A stretch of 64,000 nucleotides of DNA from Desulfobacteraceae bacterium (GTDB lineage: Bacteria; Desulfobacterota; Desulfobacteria; Desulfobacterales; Desulfosarcinaceae): contig JABDIN010000022.1 in NCBI GenBank assembly GCA_013003715.1, forward strand, positions 9,611 through 73,610. Reading direction: 5' to 3'. A program made the position numbers and the translations under genes. Shown here in pieces: positions 38,150-48,398 of the stretch (positions are counted from its first letter, which is position 1; every line of letters begins with the position of its first letter). A model generated the notes under the pieces. That model saw only the letters and a list, made by a program, of their open reading frames with translations. It had not been told where the DNA came from and did no database searches.

Positions 38150-39661
38150 CTATACCGCTTTTTCACCGGGTTTTCTTTTTTCCCACATGTAACAACGGTT
38201 ACGGCCGTCTTTTTTAGCCTTATACAGGGCCGTGTCCGCACGACTGATCAGCGCTTCTTTGGATAACCGGTTGTCCGGGTCGTTGGCGGCGGCCACCCCG
38301 AAACTCATGGTGAGGGAAAAACGGTTATCCTCGAAGTGGAGATTCATGCTCTCAATCCGTTTCCGCAAGGTCTGGGCCACCAGAAGAGCACTGCGCAAGG
38401 GCGTATTGAATAAAATGATGGCGAATTCCTCTCCACCATAGCGGGCGACATAGTATGCATCCTTCATCGACCGGGTCAGGCAATCCGCAACAGACTTAAT
38501 GGCCTCATCGCCGGCCAGGTGACCGTATGTGTCGTTGATGGCCTTGAAATGGTCGATATCCCCGATGATAAGGGACAAGGAGTTCTTGTCTTCATAAGCA
38601 CGCTCGACCTCCCGGTCCAGCAATTCATGGAAGAATTGATAATTGATCAACCGGGTCATGCCGTCCCGGGTGGTTTTTTCGGTCAAATTCCGGATCTTGA
38701 GAAGCTGGGCTTCCTGCTCGCGGATCATCTTTTGATTCAAGTTGGCCAGTTCATCCCGGGCCGCCTTCATGATTTGCTCCCGTTCATCGGATATCCCGCT
38801 GTCCAGCCTGAACAATGGGAAAATAGATTTTCCCTGATCCTCGATATTTTTACCGATTTCATCATAATCGATGGGATTCGGAAAACCGTATTGCTGGGTC
38901 TCTGTCTCAAGCCTTACTAAACACCGACCTTTATTCTTCGATGAGAAAAGATCAATCATCAGGGTGCTTAAATGCAATACTTTAATCATGGGGATCAATG
39001 ACTCATCGATATCTGTCAACGTACCGGGTTCATGATGTCTGCCGATAGGCGCACACAGCGATTCCGGCAAACCCCACCGGCGCAACAATGCCTCCCCAAC
39101 CGCCATATGGTTGAACCCGAGAATTCGTTCTTCGGCCTGGTGGCAGGCATTCTGATGTGCGTCGGACTCCGTGAGGACCAGGGCATATTGCCTGTGCATA
39201 CACTGGTTCAATGCGAGCCGGCCGATATCGTGAAGTAAGCCGAGGAGAAATGCATCCTCCGCCAATTCCGGGTTGACCTGTTGCATGATCAATCGGGAGG
39301 CCAGGGCGGCTATCAGAGAGTCTTTCCAGAACTGGCCATAGTCGAACTCTATGTGATCCTCTGTTGAGAATTGCTTCACCAGAGAAAAGCCCAACACCAG
39401 GTTTTTCACCGTGTTCACTCCCAGCAGGGTGAGGGCATTCATGATATCCGTCACTTTTACCGGCAGACTGTAAAATGCCGAGTTGACGAGTTTCAGGACT
39501 TCGGCGCATAAAGGGGGATCGGTGCACAGAATCTCGTGGATTTCTTTCAGATCCGTCTCTTCTTTTTGGATTGCGGCGAGTAATTTCAACGCAATAGCCG
39601 GTAGGGTGGGCAGTTTTTTACAATTATCCAGCAGCGATTCAATACTGACGGGCGCGTTCAT
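38150..39661 (-). CDS. HDOD domain - GGDEF diguanylate cyclase
   Basis: N-terminal HDOD-like region (LPTLPAIALKLLAAIQ...VLKLVNSAFYSLPVKVTDIMNALTLLGVNTVKNL...LLHDIGRL). C-terminal GGDEF (DIDHFKAINDTYGH, RYGGEEFAIILF). ATG 39661 is preferred; the ORF track opens at TTG 39682. Confidence 0.85.
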   Translation of the reverse strand: MNAPVSIESLLDNCKKLPTLPAIALKLLAAIQKEETDLKEIHEILCTDPPLCAEVLKLVNSAFYSLPVKVTDIMNALTLLGVNTVKNLVLGFSLVKQFSTEDHIEFDYGQFWKDSLIAALASRLIMQQVNPELAEDAFLLGLLHDIGRLALNQCMHRQYALVLTESDAHQNACHQAEERILGFNHMAVGEALLRRWGLPESLCAPIGRHHEPGTLTDIDESLIPMIKVLHLSTLMIDLFSSKNKGRCLVRLETETQQYGFPNPIDYDEIGKNIEDQGKSIFPLFRLDSGISDEREQIMKAARDELANLNQKMIREQEAQLLKIRNLTEKTTRDGMTRLINYQFFHELLDREVERAYEDKNSLSLIIGDIDHFKAINDTYGHLAGDEAIKSVADCLTRSMKDAYYVARYGGEEFAIILFNTPLRSALLVAQTLRKRIESMNLHFEDNRFSLTMSFGVAAANDPDNRLSKEALISRADTALYKAKKDGRNRCYMWEKRKPGEKAV

Positions 39662-39854
39662 CTTTGACCATTTTCCTTGCAATTATATATCAGTGATAGA
39701 AATTTCCGTTCCGTGAGAAAAGATGGCACCTACATACACCTGATAGGTGATATCGGCTTTTTTGGATAAAGCTTAAATGAAAGGAACGGAAAGCATGCGG
39801 GATTTGGCGGTGGGTGCGGGTCGGGTACGGCCGGAGATACACTGATGTGGACTC

Positions 39855-39882
39855 CATAAAACCGGCAGGGCGGTATTGCCGG
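39855..39882 (-). terminator. Intrinsic terminator after the aldo/keto reductase gene
   Basis: Minus-strand RNA CCGGCA-auaccgccc-UGCCGG followed by UUUUAU, about 30 nt after the stop at 39912. Confidence 0.55.
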
Positions 39883-39911
39883 TGATGGACGGCGTCCGTT
39901 GAGATTAATGA

Positions 39912-41420
39912 CTATGAGGCGGTGAGCCGCTCCCATGCGGCCTGCCGGTCCTCCCGGACAGTTACCCGGCGCAACTCCTGGAGCACATCCGCCACATATT
40001 GCGTTTTTCTCATGCCGACCAATACCGAGGATACGCCGGCGGTGGATCGGAGTGCCCGTATGGCGGTTTGACTGAGTGGCCGGTCTCCGGCCCAATCCGT
40101 GTCCGCCGCCGCTGTTTTTGCCTTGATTGCTTCGATGTCTTGCACGGCCTTCTCCACATAGACGGATCCAACAGCATCATATGCCCGATCCAGGTTTTGC
40201 GGATGTGTATGCATCCATGCGCTCAGTTCGTCATCGCCCTTCGCATGCGGTGTTAGAAAATCCAGCACCCCCTGGACACGCGGCATAAACATACCGGCCT
40301 TTGCCTGGCGCCATCGTTCATACGATCCGAAATTCCGCCAGTAGTGGGTCAGCATGTCACCGATGGCGATCTGTTGTTTTATCCGCACTTTCAGTCCCTC
40401 CCCGATGTCCAGGCGCGGGAGTATTTTTCGCCATAACTGTTTCTCGGATTTGCCCACCCGCCGTATATCCGCTATGATTTCATTGTAGGCCGCCCGTCTT
40501 TTCTTTTTCAGGTCGGTCAGGCGCATCATCCGGGAGCCGCTGATGGCATTCAAGGGGCGGTTTGTCAGCACGCCCAAACCATTTTCACGGCAAAATTGGA
40601 GGGTACTCTTTCCATCCGACTGATTTTTTTCCGTTACGGCACCGGTTTCAAGAAGGTTGAACGGGAGTTGAACAATGGAGAATCGGTGGGACGGACTTAT
40701 GGCGTCGGCAATATCCCATAGCCGGCCGGCACTGGTAAAATCCGGTGCTGAGTGTGCCAGGGGAAAGGTGTTGGAACTCACACCGTAGAAACGAATCCGT
40801 CCGTCATCCACTTCTTTTTCCAGATGGATGAACGCTTTTTTGATGCGGTGGTAATACTCGTCCTGCGCCGTTTGAGGGTTAATACCCTGCTTTTCCGCCC
40901 ACCCCAGGTAATATTCCGGATTATGAAGAAGATAGGCATCCAGCGTCTCGAGATTGAGTCGTTCGAGGCTTTGTGTCAGTTGATCGGCCAGGAAATCAGG
41001 GTGAATACAGTGCTCCAGGCCTTCACCATGGAGAACAAGATCCTGAAACGGGATTCCCTCCGCCTTGCGCTGTTGACTCAGCGTATAGTTCCGGCCCTGG
41101 AGATATCCGGCCTTGGATACCACGATGATCTCATCCCTGTTGACTTGCCGCGAACTGATCAGGTCCGTCAATACCCCACCCCCAAGGCGTTCGGCGTCGC
41201 CATCCACATAGTTGGCGCTGGTGTCGATCAAATTGATGCCGGACAGCAAGGCCTCTCTCAAGGCTTCGGCATGTTGCGGTACATCGATACTCACGCGGTA
41301 ACAACCGAAACCGGCCGTCTGGGTCGTCAATCCGGTTTTTCCCAGGATGTTGAAGTGAAGATCTCTGTGTTTTCCTGCATAGGCGGCTGTGCCTTCTGAT
41401 GTGGCATGTCCATTAATCAT
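39912..41420 (-). CDS. Aldo/keto reductase with a ~170-aa C-terminal extension
   Basis: AKR-like N-terminal two-thirds (GFGCYRVS..., INLIDTSANYVDGDAERL, LDAYLLHNPEYY, FYGVSSN). 502 aa, versus ~330 aa for a typical AKR. Confidence 0.8.
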   Translation of the reverse strand: MINGHATSEGTAAYAGKHRDLHFNILGKTGLTTQTAGFGCYRVSIDVPQHAEALREALLSGINLIDTSANYVDGDAERLGGGVLTDLISSRQVNRDEIIVVSKAGYLQGRNYTLSQQRKAEGIPFQDLVLHGEGLEHCIHPDFLADQLTQSLERLNLETLDAYLLHNPEYYLGWAEKQGINPQTAQDEYYHRIKKAFIHLEKEVDDGRIRFYGVSSNTFPLAHSAPDFTSAGRLWDIADAISPSHRFSIVQLPFNLLETGAVTEKNQSDGKSTLQFCRENGLGVLTNRPLNAISGSRMMRLTDLKKKRRAAYNEIIADIRRVGKSEKQLWRKILPRLDIGEGLKVRIKQQIAIGDMLTHYWRNFGSYERWRQAKAGMFMPRVQGVLDFLTPHAKGDDELSAWMHTHPQNLDRAYDAVGSVYVEKAVQDIEAIKAKTAAADTDWAGDRPLSQTAIRALRSTAGVSSVLVGMRKTQYVADVLQELRRVTVREDRQAAWERLTAS

Positions 41421-41502
41421 GGGTCAATCACCTGCGCGTGCACTTTATGTTAACCCATCCCGGGTAGGTGTCATCGCTCAGGGGGATGGAAGGAAACCGG
41501 CT

Positions 41503-42075
41503 TCAGGATACCGCCCGCGCCGGCAACTCGCATTTACCGAATGCATTATGGATGAGGTCGAATATATCGGACGATCGGAGCACGCCCACAATATCCTGGT
41601 TGTCGGTAACCAGAAAACTTTGTTGAGATGTCATCCCGAATTGGTGGATGGCCACATCAAGACTGGTGTCCGCCTTGATGTGGTCAGCCTTTTGTTGATG
41701 CACCAATAATTCTTTGACGCTGATGGCCGTCGCCTTCCGGCAGATTTCATCCAATGGTTTTTCCCAAAGTTGGTTCTTTTCGATGATCGACTTTATGAAT
41801 TTCGGATCATAACCGAAGTAGGTCAGCTTGTTCAGATCCCCTATTTTACGATAACCTTCCTCCAGTCCCAGGATCAGATCCATCATGTTCAGCTTGCCGA
41901 TGATGCGGTCGTCCGCGTCCATCACCAGGATGTCACCGGATTCCATTCTCTTGTTTGCCGATCCTTCTCCGGTGGTCTTCAAAAGATTTACCGCCTCGTG
42001 GAAGGTCGCTTCACTCCGCACCACCGGATATTCCGACAATGGTGTCATGATTTCTCTTACCGTATAAGTTTTCAT
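41503..42075 (-). CDS. CBS-domain pair protein
   Basis: VREIMTPLSEYPVVRSEATFHEAVNLL ... GDILVMDADDRIIGKLNMMDL and a second CBS-like half (VKELLVHQ...SFLVTDNQDIVGVLRSSDI). 190 aa. Confidence 0.8.
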   Translation of the reverse strand: MKTYTVREIMTPLSEYPVVRSEATFHEAVNLLKTTGEGSANKRMESGDILVMDADDRIIGKLNMMDLILGLEEGYRKIGDLNKLTYFGYDPKFIKSIIEKNQLWEKPLDEICRKATAISVKELLVHQQKADHIKADTSLDVAIHQFGMTSQQSFLVTDNQDIVGVLRSSDIFDLIHNAFGKCELPARAVS

Positions 42076-42518
42076 GGTTTTTTCCCCTATAAATCTTTTA
42101 CCATACGGGTAATATTGAAATCCTCTAAAATTAAAATGTTAGCCCCTAAAAACAATGGTTTTTATTCTTTCTCATTAATTTCATGCAAGATTCAGGTATC
42201 AACACCAGGCGATGGGTTTGGAATCAGTATTGATTTTCGCTTCTGAAAACAACGTCCATCAAACTTAAGCATCGGTGAAAATTCATGCAAGTCGTCACCT
42301 CGCGTTCTTGGTGCATCCGTTTGTGTTTCGTGGTACGGCAGACAATTAATACATTGTCGTTTTTAGAGGGGGCGGGGAGTTTTTCCCATTGAACCGCGTG
42401 CTGAATAATTTTCATTCCGTTGTGCAAACTCATGCGTAAAGACTCGAAACTTCCAACCTGGAATTGTCTGCGGTCAACCCACACGACGGCTCTTCGAACA
42501 GGGTTGCATCATCATCGG

Positions 42519-43424
42519 CTAATCCAGCCCATACACCTGGCGCGGCCCCAGATATCTCGGGAACCGGTCGATTAACGCGCGCCGGACTTCATAGCACATG
42601 TGACACTCATCCACATACGTCTCTTCCGTTTTTACCTTGTACATTTCAGCCAACAGCATGGGGCCGCCGGTAACCAGCGGCCCGATAATCGGATGTGAGG
42701 TTACTGAATAAACGGACATGATTTCAGACAGGGGCATGTCCAGGGTGTTACCGATGATCAATCCCTGACAGGCATGTACATTGCCGAAGGGGTCAATATG
42801 CACCCGTTTGGGATGTTCCAATTCCTCATGATGGCAGGCCTTGCATGACGCGCAATTGACTCTCGAAAGGCCTGCCGTCAATTTTTCCGCCGCACGGCCC
42901 TTGAATTTCGGCCCCCCACCGGTTACCGGCTCTCCCTTTTCATCCGTTCCCATATCCTTGTCGGTCACCGGGGCCTCAATACAAATCGAACTGACGGGAA
43001 TGCCCAGTTTTTCGGCCGCTGCCGCCGCATGCGTGGCCGGGGTAATGGGATCCTTCTCATTGCCGAAATGGTAAGTATCGTCACTTACCACGAGGGTGGA
43101 AAGCTTCAGATCCCGCAGTGGTTTGAGCCAGAGAGCGGCATCATCCTCACTGGTTGCCCAATAGGCGTTGGTGACAATCCCGGTTTGAAAACCTTTTGAT
43201 GCCGCGGACTGTATACCGTCCATCAACAACGGGTGGTATAGGAAGGGTTCCCCGCCTTCAAAAAAAATCCATTCAATACCGTTCATCCCGGCCGCATCAG
43301 CAAGGATGTTTTCCATGTGCTCACGGGTGAACACACCGTCCGCACGGGGGCCCGAGTATAGAAAACAATGGTCGCATTCAAAAAGACATGTATAGGTGAG
43401 AAGAAAATGGATGCCGTTCAGCAT
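42519..43424 (-). CDS. Radical SAM protein (with C-terminal Cys-rich auxiliary region)
   Basis: CLFECDHC (CX3CX2C) near the N-terminus and a GGEPFL motif. Additional Cys residues occur at CASCKACHH...HACQG and ...CHMC. Confidence 0.85.
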   Translation of the reverse strand: MLNGIHFLLTYTCLFECDHCFLYSGPRADGVFTREHMENILADAAGMNGIEWIFFEGGEPFLYHPLLMDGIQSAASKGFQTGIVTNAYWATSEDDAALWLKPLRDLKLSTLVVSDDTYHFGNEKDPITPATHAAAAAEKLGIPVSSICIEAPVTDKDMGTDEKGEPVTGGGPKFKGRAAEKLTAGLSRVNCASCKACHHEELEHPKRVHIDPFGNVHACQGLIIGNTLDMPLSEIMSVYSVTSHPIIGPLVTGGPMLLAEMYKVKTEETYVDECHMCYEVRRALIDRFPRYLGPRQVYGLD

Positions 43425-43464
43425 ATTCGTTCCTCCTTTATATGATCCTGTATTGTATCAGATA

Positions 43465-43902
43465 TCATGAGGTATCAATGCGTTTTCCCATGCTCAACAC
43501 CTTGTCGTCGGAGAAACCGCATCGCCTGTAGAATTCAATCACCTGGGTGTTGGCATGCCTGACCTGTAAATTGATTTTCGGACAACCGTGACCGGCCAGG
43601 AGCATCTGCGCATGTGTCATCATTTTTCTGCCCAACCCCTGACGCCGGCAATGGGGGGCCACCGCCAGGTAGTTGATCCAGCCCCGATGACCCTCATAAC
43701 CGGCCATCACCGTGGCAACCAAGACATCATTTCGGAATCCGGAAAGGAAAAGACCGGGTTGAAATGCGAGCTTTGCCTGAATATCCTTCTCCGGATTGTT
43801 TTGAGGCACCACCAACCCGCATTGGATCCACAGCGCGATTACCGCTTGCTGGTCATCGGGTTCGTAGGGTTTAATGATCAAATCTCCGGTGGTTGTGGAC
43901 AT
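43465..43902 (-). CDS. GNAT-family N-acetyltransferase
   Basis: I choose the ATG at 43902 (MSTTTGDLIIKPYEP...). Acetyl-CoA-binding motif RRQGLGRKMM, and C-terminal EFYRRCGF. 145 aa. The longer ORF-track N-terminus is not protein-like. Confidence 0.85.
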   Translation of the reverse strand: MSTTTGDLIIKPYEPDDQQAVIALWIQCGLVVPQNNPEKDIQAKLAFQPGLFLSGFRNDVLVATVMAGYEGHRGWINYLAVAPHCRRQGLGRKMMTHAQMLLAGHGCPKINLQVRHANTQVIEFYRRCGFSDDKVLSMGKRIDTS

Positions 43903-43945
43903 TTTCGATTTTGCTCCGAGCTGAAAAGCGGTTGTCATTATTTGG

Positions 43946-45430
43946 TTACCAGTCGTATAGAATTTCCCACTCCTGCTGGAATTGTGGGGAATCCGCCGTA
44001 AACCGGATGAATCGTGTGATACCGCTGGCAGTGGTTGTGGCGGATTGCGGATTCCAGATGCGCAGGCTGATGGCCGGGGTCCGCCGGCGTTGACCATTCC
44101 TGTCGGTGATCCCGTCCGATGGTTCCAGCCAGAGCTCTTTTTCCTCGATGACTTTCCAGATATCGCTTGTCCGCTTTTCCCGAACCCGTTCTCCCACATG
44201 GGGTAGATCCAGTTTTTCGCGGAGTTCCTTGAAGCGATACACGGAATCTTCGCCATGGTCCAGGATTTTTTCGCCCAGAACAGCGATGCCCACAGCCCCT
44301 ATGGGTGCAGTGACCAGGATGGACAGCACGGCAACGGCCAGTATTATATCCCCGGACACAACGCCGGCTGCCAGGGGGACTGCGCCGATGGCCGCCTGAA
44401 CGGTCGCCTTTGGGACATAGGCAACCACGCAGAATAATTTTTCCGCCGGTGTAAACGGCGTACCGAATAACGACAGGTACGTGCCGATACTCCGGCAGAC
44501 CAGCCCGCACAAAATGACCAGGATACCGGCGACGCCTGCATTCCAGGCGACGTGTATGTCCACCTGGGCTCCCACGAGCACAAAAAGCAGAATTTCTGCG
44601 AAGACCCAGATCTTTTTCAATCGCTGGGAAATGATATGTGCGATGGATTCAGATTTTTCAAGAATAATGAACCCGATGGCCATGACCCCCAGCAGGCCGG
44701 CCACCGGAATTGTCGGCTCGAGAATCTTCTCTATCCACGTCAACATGATGGAAACACCCAACACGATGAGGGTCCGTTTCGGCGGCCGGAAATCATAGGC
44801 GGTGAACAACCGGTAGAGCAAATATCCCGGTATGATGCCCAGCAAGATGCCGAGTCCGGCGGATATGGGGATGTTGGCGAGTTTCAGGGCAAGATGGCTG
44901 CTCTGGCCACCGTACATGCCCAGTAGAACAGTGAATACGACGATGACGAATACATCGTCCAGTGAAGAGGCGCCCAGTATCAGGGTCGGTATGCCCTTGT
45001 TGGCACCCCGGCCCCGGTCCATGAAGCCGATCATCAGCGGTACCACCACCGCCGGTGATACCGCCGCGAGAATGGCCCCGAGGATGGCCGCTTCCAGCAG
45101 TGATATGTTCAGCAAAAGCGGTGCAATCCACATGATCCCGGCAATTTCAAATATGGCCGGCAAGGCGCTCATGATGACCGCAGCACGCCCCACCCGGTGA
45201 AGAACATCTCTTCGAAGTTCAAATCCGGCGCGCAGCAGGATCACCACCAACGCGATTTTCCTGAAATCACCCGACACCTTCAACATCTCCGGGGCTAGCA
45301 AACCCATAACATAAGGCCCCACCACCACGCCCACCAGCAACATTCCCACCAGTCCGGGGAGTTTGATTTTACGAAACAGGTAATCGGCTGTTAAACCGAG
45401 TATGATGATGATTGCCAGGCTGAAGGCCAT
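43946..45430 (-). CDS. Cation:proton antiporter (CPA family) with a ~110-aa C-terminal soluble tail
   Basis: MAFSLAIIIILGLTADYLFRKIKLPGLVGMLLVGVVVGP..., a typical Na+/H+ exchanger N-terminus, with about 12 TM segments. 494 aa. Confidence 0.8.
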   Translation of the reverse strand: MAFSLAIIIILGLTADYLFRKIKLPGLVGMLLVGVVVGPYVMGLLAPEMLKVSGDFRKIALVVILLRAGFELRRDVLHRVGRAAVIMSALPAIFEIAGIMWIAPLLLNISLLEAAILGAILAAVSPAVVVPLMIGFMDRGRGANKGIPTLILGASSLDDVFVIVVFTVLLGMYGGQSSHLALKLANIPISAGLGILLGIIPGYLLYRLFTAYDFRPPKRTLIVLGVSIMLTWIEKILEPTIPVAGLLGVMAIGFIILEKSESIAHIISQRLKKIWVFAEILLFVLVGAQVDIHVAWNAGVAGILVILCGLVCRSIGTYLSLFGTPFTPAEKLFCVVAYVPKATVQAAIGAVPLAAGVVSGDIILAVAVLSILVTAPIGAVGIAVLGEKILDHGEDSVYRFKELREKLDLPHVGERVREKRTSDIWKVIEEKELWLEPSDGITDRNGQRRRTPAISLRIWNPQSATTTASGITRFIRFTADSPQFQQEWEILYDW

Positions 45431-45547
45431 AATCGTTATGCCATGAAAGATTTATTCCAACCGGTTTTCATTCGGTAGTTATTCAATACCCGGGGTTACC
45501 ATAGGGTTAATACTGAATAAAATCAAGTAAATCCATAAGTCCAACGA

Positions 45548-45576
45548 TTGACTTGAAGCGGATGGGATAGTATAGT
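45548..45576 (+). promoter_or_regulatory. Sigma-70-type promoter for the TPR lipoprotein gene
   Basis: TTGACT (45548-45553), 17-nt spacer, TATAGT (45571-45576), about 90 nt upstream of ATG 45666. Confidence 0.6.
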
Positions 45577-45665
45577 CCACGGAGTTCGCAACTCGTCCAT
45601 CATGAATGAGAGATTCGTAACGCCACTAACACCAGGGAACCATTGGAAAGAGACAGGACCTGTTT

Positions 45666-46607
45666 ATGAAAAATCTGATATCCACGGTACTCATCGGAAG
45701 CTTGCTGTTATCCATATGGGGGTGTACGGGCGGCGGTGCCCAGCGCATCACCAGGACCCCTAAACACCTTTCCGTCGGGACAAAGGAAGTGCAGAAAGGC
45801 ACCGGCTGGTACGAAAAAGGCTGTTATCGCCGCGCGTTGACTCATTTTTTCAATGCCCACGAATTGTTCACCGCCACCGACCAGCAGAAAGGGGTGGCCA
45901 TCAGCTTGAACAGCATTGGAAATGTGTACCGCCATTTGGGTGATAACAAGAGCGCACTGTTGTTCTTCGAGGAAGCCATCTCCGTGTATGCCGGATTGGA
46001 TGACCGCAGCGGCCTGTTGAATGCCATGTCCAATAAAACCGCGACGTTGATCGATGACGGCAGGTTGGCCGATGCCGAAACTTTACTTGATGAAGCGGAG
46101 GAGTTGGCCGGGGAAAACAACCTGCGCCCCTTCCAGGTGTTTAACAATCGCGGTGTACTCCTGACACGGAACAAAGACTACGGGGCTGCGGAGGAGAGCC
46201 TTCTGAAAGCAAAACGATATGCCGATATGGGCAATCCGCTGGAATCCGCCACGGTAAAATTCGCACTTGGCATTCTCAAGATGGAAACCGGTAAATACGA
46301 TGATGCCGTGGATCTGTTATCAGCAGCCCTTGATGCCGACAGGATTACCGGATTCCATGCAGGAGTGGCCGAAGACTTGAACGCCCTGGGAACCGCGTAC
46401 CTTAAAATGGAGAAATATCAAACCGCGGCCGCCTATTTCAAACGGAGTGTCAAGATATTCGCGCTGCTCGAAAACCGGGAAAAAACAGCCGGGGTATTAT
46501 CCGCGCTTTCGGAAATCTCCTTGAATGCCAAGGTGAACATGGACATGACGACCTATTTTGTGGATCGCTGGCTGGCGGGGGACATCAACGAAAATCCATG
46601 TAAATGA
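45666..46607 (+). CDS. TPR-repeat lipoprotein
   Basis: Lipobox LLLSIWGCTG. Multiple TPR-like units (ISLNSIGNVYRHLGDNKSALLFFEEAISVY ...). 313 aa. Confidence 0.75.
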   Translation: MKNLISTVLIGSLLLSIWGCTGGGAQRITRTPKHLSVGTKEVQKGTGWYEKGCYRRALTHFFNAHELFTATDQQKGVAISLNSIGNVYRHLGDNKSALLFFEEAISVYAGLDDRSGLLNAMSNKTATLIDDGRLADAETLLDEAEELAGENNLRPFQVFNNRGVLLTRNKDYGAAEESLLKAKRYADMGNPLESATVKFALGILKMETGKYDDAVDLLSAALDADRITGFHAGVAEDLNALGTAYLKMEKYQTAAAYFKRSVKIFALLENREKTAGVLSALSEISLNAKVNMDMTTYFVDRWLAGDINENPCK

Positions 46608-46624
46608 GGTTCGGCGGTTCGCGG

Positions 46625-47995
46625 TCAGATGTCCCGTCCGATATCGATTCCGTATTTCTTGATCCGTTTCCAGACAGTTATCCGACTGACCTGAAGCCTG
46701 CGGGCGGCCTCGGATTGGTTGCCGCCGGTTTCGCGTAGCACGCTGAGCAGTTCGGCCCGTCCCTTTTCCGCCATTGCCTTTGTGCCGGTTGTCCTGTTCT
46801 CCGGAGGTGCTGCCTGTCCATTTATGATTTTTGGCGGGAGGTGGCCGACATCGATGTTGCCGCCGTCGCACAGGACAAAGGCATACTCTATGACGTTTCG
46901 TAATTCCCTGACGTTCCCCTGCCAGGCATAGCCGGTCAATACCCGCATGGCCCGGGGGGTTAGCCCGGTTATCTTTTTGCCCGTATCCGCATTGTTGCGA
47001 CGGATAAAACTTTGCACAATCAGAGGGATGTCTTCTTTTTTATCTCGAAGGGGGGGACAGGACAGCGGGAAGACATTTATCCGGAAAAACAGGTCCTCCC
47101 TGAATTCTCCCTGTTCGATGAGATTTTCCAGATTTTTATGGGTGGCGGAGATGATTCGAACATCAACGGCAATGGGGCGGTTGTCGCCCATGCGTTCTAT
47201 CTCTTTTTCTTCAAGGACCCTGAGAAGTTTCACTTGTGTGGCCAATGGTATATCCCCGATTTCATCTAAAAAAATACTGCCCCCGTGAGCCGCTTCAAAA
47301 CGGCCGATACGTGTTTTTTCGGCACCGGTATAGGCGCCTTTGGTATGGCCGAACAATTCGCTTTCCAACAGGTTTTCATTCAAGGCGGCGCAATTGACCT
47401 TTACAAAGGGCCGGTCCCGCCGGGGACCGGCCTCATGGATCGCCCTGGCCACCACTTCCTTTCCGGTTCCGCTCTCCCCATACACGATCACCGGTGCTTC
47501 CGTCTTGGCCACATTGTCTATGAGTTCGTAAAGATTTTGCATGACATGGGATTTGCCGGTCAGGCCATGATAGCCTTCCTCCATATGAAGGGTTTTCTTA
47601 AGGGTGGATATCTCATTCTGCTGCATCACGATCTGGGACATATCCGTGAGGGTTTCAACCGCGCCGATCAGTTTACCGTCTTTATCGCGCAGAACCGACG
47701 CATTTTTAATAATGTTCACGGTCCGGTGCTCCTTATGGGTGATCAGACATTTTTTCGCCCTGACGCCACCGCTTGAATACAGGCCGCACCACTTTTCCCC
47801 CGATCCCTTTGCATATATTTCACACCCCGTGCAATCCAGCACCCGGCATGACCGGCCCACCAGTTCCCCGGCCGTGTAACCGGTGAGGTGTTCGGCGGCC
47901 GGGTTAACGGCCAGCACCTTGCCCCGGGGATCAACGACGATCACGCCGTCCTGTAGTGTGTCCACAATGGTTTTCCAGTGGGGGGAGAGATCCAT
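46625..47995 (-). CDS. Sigma-54-dependent transcriptional activator (Cys-rich PAS, AAA+, Fis-type HTH)
   Basis: PAS N-terminus. AAA+ motifs [23 protein letters not shown] (GAFTGA-type loop) and FLDEIGD. C-terminal HTH ([25 protein letters not shown]). Confidence 0.9.
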   Translation of the reverse strand: MDLSPHWKTIVDTLQDGVIVVDPRGKVLAVNPAAEHLTGYTAGELVGRSCRVLDCTGCEIYAKGSGEKWCGLYSSGGVRAKKCLITHKEHRTVNIIKNASVLRDKDGKLIGAVETLTDMSQIVMQQNEISTLKKTLHMEEGYHGLTGKSHVMQNLYELIDNVAKTEAPVIVYGESGTGKEVVARAIHEAGPRRDRPFVKVNCAALNENLLESELFGHTKGAYTGAEKTRIGRFEAAHGGSIFLDEIGDIPLATQVKLLRVLEEKEIERMGDNRPIAVDVRIISATHKNLENLIEQGEFREDLFFRINVFPLSCPPLRDKKEDIPLIVQSFIRRNNADTGKKITGLTPRAMRVLTGYAWQGNVRELRNVIEYAFVLCDGGNIDVGHLPPKIINGQAAPPENRTTGTKAMAEKGRAELLSVLRETGGNQSEAARRLQVSRITVWKRIKKYGIDIGRDI

Positions 47996-48015
47996 GTTTT
48001 TCTCCTGTTGGTTTG

Positions 48016-48043
48016 GTTAACTGCATGGTTAACACCTGTTAAC
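48016..48043. promoter_or_regulatory. Array of three GTTAAC hexamers next to the activator gene start (candidate activator binding / autoregulatory site)
   Basis: GTTAAC occurs at 48016, 48028 and 48038 (spacing 12 and 10 nt), 21-48 nt upstream of the activator ATG (47995, minus strand). Confidence 0.35.
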
Positions 48044-48271
48044 ATAGACGCTCATCGGTACAAATGCAAGTCCCCCGTTTTGGAAGATGGCCTTGTTTAA
48101 TTGTAATAACAACAATATGCGGTTTACTGACCGATTCATCGCGCCGGGGACGGGATGACACTCCTGTTTTGGCTCCCCCGACGAATAGATGCGCCATAAC
48201 TTATTATAATATAGGAGTATTAATTCTGTTTTCCAGCCGGTCTGTTCCGTCGCGCATGTTGGATGAGAAGT

Positions 48272-48285
48272 GTTAACCTGTTAAG
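48272..48285. promoter_or_regulatory. GTTAAC-ct-GTTAAG pair (candidate upstream activating sequence)
   Basis: tGTTAACctGTTAAG lies about 115-125 nt upstream of the -24/-12 promoter at 48399. It is related to GTTAACacctGTTAAC at 48028-48043. Confidence 0.4.
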
Positions 48286-48398
48286 TTAGCACCTCGTCTT
48301 CATTTGCCTGGGGGCCTTTGGCCGGAACCGGGTATTTTTTGGAAATAATCGTAAAATAACAATTGGTTATGAAATGTTTGCCTGTTCGAACCGTTGGC

